Source: Octopus sinensis
Taxonomy: Eukaryota
DNA: 64,000 nt
NCBI RefSeq assembly: GCF_006345805.1
Contig: NC_042998.1
Span: forward strand, 127,968,001 to 128,032,000
Direction: 5' to 3'
The notes beneath the pieces are model-generated. The model did no database searches. It was not told the DNA's origin and saw nothing but the letters and a program-made list of their open reading frames with translations. How positions within the stretch are numbered: the stretch's first letter is position 1; each line of letters starts with the position of its first letter. Below, piece after piece: positions 37,740 through 50,780 of this stretch. Both the position numbers and the translations under genes were made by a program.

Positions 37740-40110
37740 GTCTTTTTCTTTCCAAAACAAAAAACAACAAAACGAGGTATTAAACCTCTTACTTCAGTTC
37801 TACTATTACTGGACTTAATAGTCCATTACAAATTGAGGCATTGAGCCTCTTACAAGCAATAAACATTTAGGCGCTAAAGCTTCTTTGTCCTTCTCCCCGA
37901 CCAGGCCATATGCCTCTTGTAGGCAATGCTCCAGCTCCAGGTCGAGGACCCAGAAGGCGAACCTAAACTGGTCCTTCGGAAAGGAGCCCATCACCCTGAA
38001 CATATCGACGTCCGATATGACCTCCGTAGTCACCTGCGGAGGACAATCCGGGTCTTCAGTCCAGGGCATGGTCTCCTACCTCCGGCCCTCTAGCTTCCTC
38101 AAGAAGCTCTGAATCGCCCCTCCCTTCTGGAAGAAGATAACAAAATCATCTCTCGTAGCTCTGGGAGGGACCACAGTTTCCTCTGTCGGTGGCACAATTT
38201 CCACCGACGAGGTTTCAGAACATGCCGGCAGTGTACCATCAACCGTCGGCAATGCCCCGTTCTTTATATTTTTCTTTTTTCTTTTCCTCCCCTTTGCTAC
38301 CTCCGCTTTATCCAGAGGATCTCCCCCCACCCTCCCTCCCGCAGCTTTATAGTCCTTCGGTGGGCAACCATTGTTGCCCACCTTCTTTTATTTAGTTTTT
38401 TCGAGGAGGTCTCCACCTCTTCGACTGCCTCCATCTCTCCCTCAAATGGGGGAGCGGGGGCTGCTACTTTTATTAACTGCCCCAGAACCTTACCTTGCTC
38501 CTGGGGATAGTTCTTTTTAATGTGGCCTAGTTTCTGGCACAGGTAACACTTGGTGGGGGCCGTCCCTCAAGGATCAAGAATCACCGGATACTTAAACCCG
38601 GCATTTAAAAAAAATCTGGGTAAATCAGATTATTGGCTAATTGGGTCCACAGGGTCAAAACCACTTTTGACCCAACATTGGTTGTTAAAGGTGGATGGGT
38701 GGGAAAGACTCCCTTCCGTGTGTGTATGTGTGTGTATCTGATTGGCTTCAGAGTTCCACCTATCAAATTCATTCATGAGACATTGGTCGTCCAGGAGCTA
38801 TAGCAGACACTTGCCCACTGTGCTGCAATGGGACTGAACTTGAAACCCACATGGTTGCAAAACAAGCTCTTAACCACACAGCCATGCCTGCCCTATTGCA
38901 TGCATTTTCTGAATTATTATTTGAATTATAGTGAACCAGGTTATTGGAATTGCTGTTTTAGCTCCTGATCAATCCTGATCAAGTAAACCTATGCTCATTG
39001 ATTACTCTTTAACTTGTTTCAGTCATTTGAATGCGGCCATGCTGGAGCACCGCCTTTGATTGAGCAACTCGACCCCAGGACTTATTCTTTTTGTAAGCCC
39101 AGTACTTATTCTATCGGTCTCTTTTGCCGAACCGCTAAGTGACGGACGTAAACACACCAGCATCGGTTGTCAAGCAATGCTAGGGGGAAAACACAGACAC
39201 ACAAACAAACAAACACCATACATCTATATATACAATATACGACAGGCTTCTTGTTAATTTCTTCCCACATTGTGTGGGAAGAAACACAATATTTTGCCCT
39301 TCTAAGTGCCGGCTCGCAAATTTGCGACCACCTCAGGGGTGTCAAATAGCAGCCACACCGTTGCGTACTTGACACCCCTGGCAATAAACTTAATAGTTGG
39401 CAGATATTCTACCAACTCTTTTTCAATTTAAATTTGAGGGAACACCGCGATGGTGTCGAGTGACTTAGAATAAGTCCTCAACACCACGGTTCCCTCGTTC
39501 AAGTCTTTTAGCCACTACTGCTTGGGAGGTACAATTCCCCACTGCAACGCAGTGTTTGCCTTCTATCCCATGCTTGCAAAAATAGTTCAAACAGAAAGTC
39601 TAAATAAAGTCAAGAATAAACAAAAAGAGCAGAAAGACAGTGCAGAGAAAAAGAAAGATGGAAGACAGTTCAAGTCCCGGCAGCACACAATTCCGGCCAC
39701 CCGGTTATCCTGGCCAACAAGTATTCCAAAAAATGGCACTCCAAACAGGTACTCTAGGGTCACAGCAGCAGGAACACAAAAAAAATCTTCCACAAATTGG
39801 TAGAATTTTCCAAAATTTCACAATTTTTCGAAGGCAAGACACGCCCCCAAAACAACAATTCTCACAGCACGACTGCAGGCAGATAAATGTCCGAGACCCA
39901 GGCAGACAGATGTCCGGGACGCAGGCAGACAAATGTCCGGGACCCAGTGAGGATTTCTTATTTGAAAAAAGAAAAAGAATATCAAACAACAAAACCCCAC
40001 TAAATCCACCACCCCAACCCACCCCAAAAAATAGATGCCTACCTTACAGTCGCGCCTTCAATATTTCTTCAATTCTGGACGGCTACACAAGCACGTCTTG
40101 ACAGTATTCA
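37740..40110 (-). mobile_element. L1/Tx1-like LINE 5' part (ORF1 gag-like pseudogene) interrupted by S2 SINEs at 38750-39246
   Basis: Minus 'KCYLCQKLGHIKKNYP' (CCHC knuckle relic, ~38510-38560); RRM-like 'IKFIARGVKYATVWLLFDTPEVVANL' near 39330-39410; three 20-bp tandem repeats at ~39877-39945; GC-richer than flanks. Confidence 0.65.
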
Positions 40111-40201
40111 AATTTGGAATAACCCACGTATGCGCCGTAAGCTAGCTACTTACCACACAGCCACTCCTTCGCCTATACAGGGAGAGTAAGAGATCCATGC
40201 G

Positions 40202-40268
<67 letters not shown>

Positions 40269-40648
40269 ACACACACACACATTTATAGCAAGGATATTGA
40301 ACTGAAAAAACAATAACCACCAATTCCATTGTTCAATCCTGAAAGTTTTCACACTTGTAAAACAATTCTTTATATATTCTTGTGCAGTGAATTATTTCCT
40401 TTTGATTGGTCTCAATCTTTTTATGAATAAGTGTGCTTATTCAAAGTTCGATTACACAGAAACCAGTTGCTAAATCGGCTTCATAAATGCAAAAATACAT
40501 TTAATAATTCAGAAAGGGAAACCCTTGGCTGCTGTATTTCACAAGACTTTTTTGTGGTTTTTATTTATAATAATATTTGTACTCTCATAACGGATCGTGT
40601 GCTAGTCTACATGTTGAATTTTACACAACAAAGATATAGATACATATA

Positions 40649-40865
40649 CGACGGGATGCTGAAAAGTTCCTGGCTTTGGGTAAAAGAAAATACAAGAGGA
40701 TCAGTTAATTATGATTTTATTCGACACATTCCCCTCTCAGATTCATACACTTATTTCAATAGTCCTTCAAGTTTTCTAATCCCTCTAAAAGAACTCGGAA
40801 GATTAGGCCCCCAGCCCGGCCACTCGCGACACCCTTAAAGCCAGGAACTTTTCAGCACCCTCAGG
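40649..40865 (-). mobile_element. Non-autonomous mariner (MITE-like, ~215 bp)
   Basis: TIR core gctgaaaagttcctggcttt / aaagccaggaacttttcagc; internal minus-strand 'NKCMNLRGECVE*' transposase tail. Confidence 0.8.
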
Positions 40866-41385
40866 TAACTTCTGTGGAACAAGGATTAGAATGAGATGTA
40901 AACCCAACTTACTTCACGTGACAAGCTGATACGTTATCCATTCAGCTGACAACGCTTTCCAGGAGTATCATTTTATAAAAATCGAAAGCAAACAAATGCA
41001 AGGTATGGTTGTATGGCTAAGAGCGTGTGATTTGTAAATCTTCCACAACACAGGGCATTATTCATATTTTTATTTCTATTTTCTATTTTTATTTTTTGCA
41101 TATAATCTTCCCAGAAACTCTGGTATGCGTTCCGACCTTCCGACAGCGCGGGAAATCAAGCTAATGGCAGAATAAGGTATTCAATGCTAAACTTGAACGA
41201 ATCGCCTACAGCTATATAATTCTGTGTTTCTTTACTACTGATAATCAAATATTTTATTCACTCTTGTCATCTTGTCTGTTTCTTTTGAATATTGACAAGA
41301 AACACATGAATATGTATATGAAATCTTAATCGTATTGCTATTACTCACCATCATCGTCATTATCAGCAGCAGCAGCGGCAGCATT

Positions 41386-41422
<37 letters not shown>

Positions 41423-41659
41423 CTACCACTATCAATCATCATCATCATCACCATCATCATTAACAGCAGCATCATTATCATCATCTTCATTCCAGTGATA
41501 AGAATATTTTACAATTAATATTATCAATCCATCATCAAAACAACATTCAGACAAACGCAGCATGTGGAAAATGTTTTGACTCACTGTTAACTTCGTTTTG
41601 TCCTCCATCAAATAGCAAATGTTTTCCTAAGTCATGACCTTTTTCAATATCTATATTGA

Positions 41660-42280
41660 AAAAGGCGGCGAGCTGGCAGAAATGTTAGCACGCCGGGTGA
41701 AATGCTTCGCGATATTTCGTCTGCCGTTACGTTCTGAGTTCAAATTCCGCCGAGGCCGACTTTGCCTTTCATCCTTTCGGGGTCGATAAATTAAGTACCA
41801 GTACGCACTGGGGTCGATATAATCGACTTAATCCGTTTGTTTGTCCTTGTTTATCCTCTCTGTGTTTAGCCCCTTGTGGGTAGTAAAGAAACCGGTATTT
41901 CGTCTGTCTTTACGATCTGAGTTCAAATTTCGCCGAGGTCGACTTTCCTTTCGGGATAGATAAATGAAGTGCCAGTTGCGTACTGGGGTCGATATAATCG
42001 ACTGGCCCCCTCTCCCCAAATTTTAGGCCTTTTGCCAAGAGCAGAAAAGAATATATATACAGCTTCTTCAAGGCGGCGAGCTGGTAGAATCATTAGCACG
42101 CTGGATAAAATGCTCAGCGCATTTTGTTTGTCTTTACGTTCCGAGTTCGAATTCCAGCAGGGTCGACTTCTTCTTTCTTCCATTTTGGGGTCGATAAAAT
42201 AAATGCTAGTTGAGTACTAAGGTCAATATAATCACCTTACCTCCAACATCGAAATTGCTGACTTTGTGCCAAAACTTGAC
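41660..42280 (+). mobile_element. Cluster of three S1 SINE copies
   Basis: Heads at 41661 and 42070; truncated copy at 41895. Confidence 0.85.
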
Positions 42281-42519
42281 TTAAATGTATATTTTTAGCT
42301 GATTGTCAGGGATGTCTATTTCTATGGCTAGCACTGAAATATGTGAGGACTTATAGTGCCATCTTTTTAAACTATAGCCGGAAAATCTCTCCCTACTTTG
42401 TCTCCCTCTCTTTCTTTCTTTCCCTTTCTCTCTCACTCTCCGATTCTTTTTCTCTATCTCTTTCTCTCTCTCTCCCTCCCTGCTAATTCTGTTATCATAA
42501 GCATATACATGTGCGCTTG

Positions 42520-42760
42520 CTTGTGAAAGCTCGTAATAAACAGTCGACAACTGAGGAGGAGTTAGACTTCCTTTGGTATTTTGTTCTGTACTTATCTCTG
42601 TGTGTTTACGTATATTTCACCCGTTCGTGATATCCTGCACTTAATGTGTATTTTTTGTATTTTTTATTTGTCCTGTACTTATCTCTCAGGTGTTTACGTA
42701 TTTTTCACTCGCTGCAGATGTCCTGTACTTAATGTGTATTTTTAATTATTTTTAATTGAA
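42520..42760 (+). mobile_element. Family B2 repeat copy (GAAAC segment deleted)
   Basis: 'gtcgacaactgaggaggagttagact..' homologous to 43363 onward. Confidence 0.65.
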
Positions 42761-43304
42761 CGTCACGCAGCCTTTGTCAACAGTAAGTTTTTACATTTAT
42801 ATATACAATTTCTGCGATTCTACACTATTCTCTGCCTATTTTCTTCCTTTCTCTCTGGCCCTCTATAATCCACTATATTTCGTTTCCCTCCTCCTTCTTT
42901 ACTGTCCCCTGTCTATCTATCTTTCTTTCTCCATCCTCCTCAATTCTTCGTTTCTTTCCCTTCTCCTTTCTTTTCCCCCTTCCTCTCTACCTGTTGATTA
43001 CATGTGACTACAAGTCAGTTTCCTCGTCTCTCTATGTTTTGGTGGGGGGGATGGGACGTCCATCCAGCTGGACGTAATTTATCTCGCCTCTCGATATTTT
43101 TTCTCTTCTACCAATTTTCTCTTCTATTTATTCTATATCGTTTCAAAATTTCTCCCAGGCGTTACCCATTACAATTCATCTTGGCCTAACAGCCCTTAAT
43201 GTCTGTCTTCATCGATTGTTTACTCTGCACGTCCACTTTGATGTCGTGTGTTCGTTCGAAGTCCTAACTCTTCATAAATTTTAATTTCTAAAATTTCTGC
43301 AAGC

Positions 43305-43383
43305 TGCGGTCTTATGAAGTTTTCCTGTCTTATTGAAAGTTCGAAACAGGTAGTAATAAGCAGTCGACAACTGAGGAGGGGTT
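43305..43383 (+). ncRNA. Non-circularly permuted hammerhead ribozyme with intact core (family B2)
   Basis: cctGTC(43324-43329)-ttattga / aagttc-GAAAC-agg(43337-43350) / tcgacaa-CTGAGGA-ggggtt(43364-43383); all three stems can pair. Confidence 0.7.
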
Positions 43384-43939
43384 AGACTTTGATATTTTGT
43401 CCGGTATTTATTTCTGTATGTTTACGTATTTTGACTCGTTGGTGATATCCTGTACTTCATGTGTATTTTTGTATTTTGTTTTTATAAGTATTCGTCTTGT
43501 ACTTATTTCTCGTGTGTTTGCGTATTTTTCATTCGCTGGTGATGTCCTGTACTTAATGTGTATTTTTTATAAATTATATATATATATATAATTAATCAGA
43601 GTAGCAACTATACCAAAAAGTAAAATCAGTCGCCACATCGAAACAGGTAGTAATAAGTAGTCGACAACTGAGGAGGGGTTAGACTTTGATATTTTGTCCG
43701 GTACTTATTTTTGTATGTTTACGTATTTTGACTCGTTGGTGATATCCTGTACTTAATGTGTATTTTTGTATTTTGTTTTTATAAGTATTCATCTTGTACT
43801 TATTTCTCGTGTTTTTGCGTATTTTTCATTCGCTGGTGATGTCCTGTACTTAATGTGTATTTTTAATAAATCATATATATATATATATAATTAATCAGAG
43901 TAGCAACTATACCAAAAAGTAAAATCAGTCGCCACATCG
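43343..43939. repeat. 297-bp direct tandem duplication
   Basis: 'gaaacaggtagtaataag' at 43343 and 43640. Confidence 0.9.
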
Positions 43940-44340
43940 AAGTGGCTGATGTGGCGACTGAGTTTAATATTTAGTATAGTTACTCATCTGATCCCTTATT
44001 GAGATTTGTTGCAAATCAGTGATCGATGGTCGCATTGTTTACAATATATTACCATATATTGGCTATCGCTCTGGCGGACAGGTACTCGACACTGAGGTTG
44101 CGACAAACAGCTCGAAACTGAGTCAGTCTCGCGATCCTATTACTTGCTAGAGGGTGGTAGGGGTTCGCTCCCCCTGCTAACAACATATAATATATATAAA
44201 GGAAGCAGAGTCGCACCGATAAGCAGCTGGCGGAGAATCTGCCTGGGGTTAAACAAGTAGTAACTTGGAACAGCCGCTTTGATATGGCAACTGACTTTAC
44301 ATATATATATATATATATATATATATAGATATATATATAT

Positions 44341-44439
<99 letters not shown>

Positions 44440-44855
44440 TGTTTACATCTAGAAACAAACGTATTCAATATATGTAACGACTATAGTTTTATTTTGAAGC
44501 TAAAATTTCTTAAATGACATCTACTAGTTTTATGTTTACGATCCTTGTGGGCGTCGTTCACGGGTCTGTGAATGTGCATTGGCCTGTGAGCGTAAGTGTG
44601 TGTCTGTCGTGTAAATAGATAACGTGTGGGCGCGAGACAGCGTGTCTTTACCCAGTAAGTGTCAACAACACTCTTGATTTGTTTAACAAATATTACAGAA
44701 AATATCAATAATACGAATGTGATTCGTACAATTATAACACAGACTTCACTGTGTCATTGTAAATCAATGTTTGTAAAAAGCACTTCAGCTCAGTCCAATC
44801 TGAACCATGGCAGGGCTGACTGGAAATCGATTGTAAAAGAGATGCACAAGCAGAA

Positions 44856-44911
<56 letters not shown>

Positions 44912-45085
44912 TATATATATATATATATATATATATACTTTATTTAAAAGCACCAGAAATATAACAAAAGTTGTTACTCAGAATTTCATGTTCCCGTTCG
45001 TCGGACAGTTTTAAAGCATATTACCATACCCCTGGTATTTGAGCACTCTTTTTTCCACCTTTTTTCACATTTATGTGCTTACTCT

Positions 45086-45134
<49 letters not shown>

Positions 45135-45138
<4 letters not shown>

Positions 45139-45450
45139 GACAGAATGGAGTTGAACGACGATTTAACAAAATTCCTTTATTCTCAACATATGTTTCGAAG
45201 ACTGCATATTCCTAATTTCGAAGGAATATGCAGTCTTCGAAACATATGTCGAGAATAAAGGAATTTTGTTAAATCGTCGTTCAACTCCATTCTTTCATTT
45301 ATTTGTATTAAAAAAAACACACAAATTTCCACACGAAAGCACGTGATCTCTGCCCTTGGCATGTAGCTTCAACCGTGTTTTTCTGACGTGAATTTGCTAC
45401 CCGGTATCGGTTAACTGAATTATCCATACTAGGATAATTCATTCAACTAC
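45135..45450. mobile_element. Family 1 element with perfect foldback 45135-45300 that removes CTGATGA
   Basis: Palindrome centred at ~45217; remainder is the reverse complement of 1665-1800. Confidence 0.85.
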
Positions 45451-45471
45451 TTATATATATATATAATATGC

Positions 45472-45655
45472 GCAGGCGCAGTTGGGCGGTAGGGACCTTG
45501 CTTCCTATATGATTCCGGGTTCAGTCCCACAGCGTGGCATCTTGGGCTAGTGTCTTCTGATATTGCCTCGAGTAGAAAAAAGCCTTCTGAGTGTATTTGG
45601 TAGATGGAAAATGAAAGAGGCCTGTCGTATATATGTATATATGTGTGTCTGTGCG

Positions 45656-45694
<39 letters not shown>

Positions 45695-45955
45695 ATGTAT
45701 GTATGTACGTATATGTATATGCATATGTATATGTGTTTGTATGTCTTTTTGTCAGTATTTATCCCCTCTATCACCGCTTGACATCTCGTGTTGCTGTGTT
45801 TACGTCCCCATAACTTAGCTATTCGACAAGAGATACCCATAAAATAAGTACTAAGCTTACAAAGAATAAGTCCTGGGGTCGATTTGTTCAGCTAAAATCC
45901 TTTAAGGCGATACTCCAACATGGCCGCAGTCATATATGTCTGAAACAAGCAAAAA
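45472..45955 (+). mobile_element. SINE family S2
   Basis: Consensus match. Confidence 0.8.
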
Positions 45956-46022
<67 letters not shown>

Positions 46023-46081
46023 CACACACACACATACACATATATACAGAGAGGTCGTTGAAATGCCTGTATGTTATTGAT

Positions 46082-48391
46082 ATATATATATATAAAGATC
46101 CTACTGACATCCTAAGACTGCAGAATTGCCTGAAAGCAATATATAAATGAGTTGATATGGATAAAATGCAGTTCAATAGCGCAAAATTCCAAGCACTCAG
46201 CTATCAGTCCACAAATAAACTAGATCTGAAGTACACGGGACCAGAAGTCAATGTAATCCCAGAGTTAGAATCGGTGCGTGACCTGAGAATCCACATGAGC
46301 AATGACGCAACTTTCCATGTACAGATTGCTCAGATGCCACAACTTTTTAATGCCCTACCACAAAACATCAGGGATTTGCAAGTTGTAGACATGAAAGTCT
46401 TCAAAAAACGTCTAGGCAGCTTTTTATCTGTAATTCCGGAGAAACACACATCGCGCAGGAGGCACAAAGAAGAGCGGTAACGTCCAACTCGCTACTTCAC
46501 CAGAAGCAATACTGGAAAAATCCCCGGACGTAGTAAAAGCGGTGTGCCAGCAAGGCCTCAGATTCTAACTGAAACCCACAAAAGATGTGTGTGTGTGTGT
46601 ACGTACATACACGTATATATATGCTTATATGGGACAGGACGTCACAAATTGATTTGAGGAGTAGATCGACAGCCAACAACTGATGAAGGGTCGTTCTTTA
46701 TGTTACTTGTCCTGTTTTCCATTTGTTTCACTTTTTGTTTGCGTATTCAACTCCTTTGTTTTCGTATTTCATGTTGTTTACGGTTTGTAACGTCCTGTAC
46801 CCATATATGCATATATATATATAGATGTATGTATGTACATATACACATATATGTATGTATATATTTTATTTATTTATATTATTATTTATATTATTATCAT
46901 TATATATATGTGTGTGTGTGCGCGTGTGTATAGTAAGGTTTGATTTTTTATTTTTGGTAACTGCTTGATTATGCAATTGCCCTGCTGTAGAATTTTCCCT
47001 TGGGCTCCTTCTACCGAAATAGAAACTATTCTGATTATAACATAAGGGACTAATATTTTTACCGAGTTAATCAATCACCTCCTTTTAATAATTCATTCCA
47101 TAATATATTAGCGAACAAACCCACAAAATGTGGCTATATCTATGTATATATGCTTTTACTCTTTTACTTGTTTCAGTTATTTGACTATGGCCTTGCTGGA
47201 ACACCGCCTTCTATTACCCCATCGTATACATATATATATATATATTATATATATAAAGATCCTACTGACATCCTAAGACTGCAGAATTGCCTGAAAGCAT
47301 ATATAAATGAGTTGATATGGATAAAATGCAGTTCAATAGCGCAAAATTCCAAGCACTCAGCTATCAGTCCACAAATAAACTAGATCTGAAGTACACGGGA
47401 CCAGAAGTCAATGTAATCCCAGAGTTAGAATCGGTGCGTGACCTGAGAATCCACATGAGCAATGACGCAACTTTCCATGTACAGATTGCTCAGATGCCAC
47501 AACTTTTTAATGCCCTACCACAAAACATCAGGGATTTGCAAGTTGTAGACATGAAAGTCTTCAAAAAACGTCTAGGCAGCTTTTTATCTGTAATTCCGGA
47601 GAAACACACATCGCGCAGGAGGCACAAAGAAGAGCGGTAACGTCCAACTCGCTACTTCACCAGAAGCAATACTGGAAAAATCCCCGGACGTAGTAAAAGC
47701 GGTGTGCCAGCAAGGCCTCAGATTCTAACTGAAACCCACAAAAGATGTGTGTGTGTGTGTACGTACATACACGTATATATATGCTTATATGGGACAGGAC
47801 GTCACAAATTGATTTGAGGAGTAGATCGACAGCCAACAACTGATGAAGGGTCGTTCTTTATGTTACTTGTCCTGTTTTCCATTTGTTTCACTTTTTGTTT
47901 GCGTATTCAACTCCTTTGTTTTCGTATTTCATGTTGTTTACGGTTTGTAACGTCCTGTACCATATATGCATATATATATATAGATGTATGTATGTACATA
48001 TACACATATATGTATGTATATATTTTATTTATTTATATTATTATTTATATTATTATCATTATATATATGTGTGTGTGTGCGCGTGTGTATAGTAAGGTTT
48101 GATTTTTTATTTTTGGTAACTGCTTGATTATGCAATTGCCCTGCTGTAGAATTTTCCCTTGGGCTCCTTCTACCGAAATAGAAACTATTCTGATTATAAC
48201 ATAAGGGACTAATATTTTTACCGAGTTAATCAATCACCTCCTTTTAATAATTCATTCCATAATATATTAGCGAACAAACCCACAAAATGTGGCTATATCT
48301 ATGTATATATGCTTTTACTCTTTTACTTGTTTCAGTTATTTGACTATGGCCTTGCTGGAACACCGCCTTCTATTACCCCATCGTATACATA

Positions 48392-48395
<4 letters not shown>
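46082..48395. repeat. 1160-bp near-identical tandem duplication
   Basis: Identical ORFs at 46157 and 47317, and at 46497 and 47657; bounded by (TA)n. Confidence 0.95.
46094..46480 (+). pseudogene. CR1-like LINE 3' fragment (second copy at 47255-47640; related fragment at 48760-48990)
   Basis: 'MQFNSAKFQAL..VRDLRIHMSNDATF..LFNALP..FKKRLGSFL' resembles the CR1 post-RT region. Confidence 0.8.
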
Positions 48396-48463
<68 letters not shown>

Positions 48464-48464
48464 C

Positions 48465-48621
48465 GACGGCCCTCTTTCAGATTCCGCCTACCAAATCCAC
48501 TCACAACGCTTTGGTAGGCCCGAGACAATAGTAGAAGTCATTTGTTCAAGGTGCCACACAGTGGGACTGAACCCAGAGGAACCATGTGGTTGAGAAGCAA
48601 GATTCTTACCACACAGCCATG

Positions 48622-48622
<1 letters not shown>
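48465..48622 (-). mobile_element. SINE family S2 head
   Basis: Consensus match. Confidence 0.8.
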
Positions 48623-48719
<97 letters not shown>

Positions 48720-50780
48720 TAAATTTTAATAAAAATTAAATGAAATCAGCAGTAATAAAGAATGCCAATAATGTCAGAAAACGATATATAGTCGTCAAGG
48801 ACATTTACAGATGGGCCATTGAAAACAATATGCAATTAGGTGCTTGAACGTTTTGAACATTACATTAAGTACCCTATAAAATATTGCAGCCTCAATACAT
48901 AGGACCAAAAAGAGATTGCAATGAAAGACCCCGAATCTCGGCGTAACATGGGAATCACCATGATTAATGATGCTTCATTTTATAGACCTACTACTAGGGT
49001 GGAAACAAAGTGCAGGATATACCCTGAGAACACATGAAGGAAAAGAATAGGACGTCGTGTTGGATTTGTGGAAAACTTTTGTTCTCATTCGTTTGGATTA
49101 TTACTTTATATATGGTTCCTTCTTTGTGTAAAGCTCACTTGTGATTTAAAAGTAAGCATAAAGTCCTATACATACGTTTTCATTATACAACAGCTGTTAC
49201 TAAGCGTTGTTGAGATATTTAAAATAAATTTTCTGGAATAAATATAGGAAATATATCTAGAAGATTGTTGAGAGATTGGCAAAGATCTTTATCATTGGAA
49301 ATTATGCGAATCTCTGAACTGGCCTCATCGCTGAAGAGCAAACTTGCTACCCTCTCTGGTTCGGGTTATGATCAGATATAGCAATAAATTAGGATTCAAA
49401 GACCTGCGTGTTTTCAATATCGTCTTGACAAACATGCTATATGACTGTAGCAGGTATCAGCAAGTAGAACGTCACTTGAATATTCTAATGTTTAACATCA
49501 TAGATGAGTCTACAGCTCAAGAAAATAAGCACTTGAAGGCGTTATTATTTCACCACAATCCTACAGTTACCATTTCAAAACCAAAATCAAAACTTTATAA
49601 TCAATAATATTTCATTACTATATATTTACTTCCCAAGAAAGAAGCATGTATGTTATATGTGGTCACTTGCTCTGTTTAAAATGGTAGCCAAATCTCCCTT
49701 AACTCCTACTCTACCTTCGCATAAAACGAAAGGATACATTCCGTAATTTAGTCTTTGATATTCAAACATAATAGAACGCCTTTGATCGTATGGCTGCTGT
49801 TCAATCAGGACTGATCTAGCCTAAACAGCAACAACGACAACAACAACATGGCACAGTATTGGAATTCTAGAAACCCATAAAACCTGGATAGTTATTGCTG
49901 AAATACTTTCGATCGTAGGATTTCTTTCCTCAAACATTACCAACATTACCAACTCATTTCACACTTCTACAGCTAAAACACTTCTAATTCGCGCATCATT
50001 ACACGACATTTCTACTAGCACCTCTGCAAATACAACCACGTTACAGCAGCCAACATTGAATCGCTTGCTTTGATGATGTGGGTGTTTTGATTAATTACCT
50101 CACACAAGATACACGAGTATCTGTGATGGTAGCGACCATGACTCATATACAACGATGACTATAACACCACTACAGCCACTGTATTGCATCATTCCAGCCA
50201 TCCCATAACCACTTTAATGAAATGTAAGTGAAGAAGTGACAGTGCCTGTTACAATCTCATAATTCTTTCGCTGAAAATGCAGTATATTATCCACTCTCGG
50301 TTTTACAACTAAATGAAAGGAAACCTTGCACGTGAATAACAAAAATATGAGACTAGCATCTAACATCACACTCTATCATTTTTAAAACTCAGTCTTTATC
50401 ACAAATTATTTATACAGTAACTCTTAAGCAATGTATGTGAGAAATGAAATATGTCCTTGAAACGTTTATAACCTATAATTAGATATTGTGTAAGTGTTTG
50501 TGTGTATATAGCGCTTAAGGTAAACGTTCGCAATTGTATTTTGATCTAGCTATATATGAACATGCATATATGCATATATTTGTGAATATATGTCGGCATA
50601 TATATATATGTGTATATTTATGAATTGGTTTCTGTAGTGCGTGTTTGTACGATATGTGTGCGTGCGCTCGTGTGCACATTAATGTACGTGCGAGTATGTG
50701 TACATAAATGTATGTGTGTATTTCAACGTGTGTATTTGCATTTATATACCAATACAATACATAAATAAATTGTGTGATCG

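Noticed and set aside
44540-44665. Two GTAAGT donor-like sites in a CpG-richer patch
   Set aside because: No supporting acceptor, ORF or promoter evidence without RNA data
46670-46710. CTGATGA-aggg (also at 47840)
   Set aside because: Only the A segment of a B-like repeat; GAAAC and GUC segments are truncated
49190-49380. Open plus frame LLLSVVEIFKINF...GYDQI after a cag acceptor-like site
   Set aside because: No recognisable domain or partner exons
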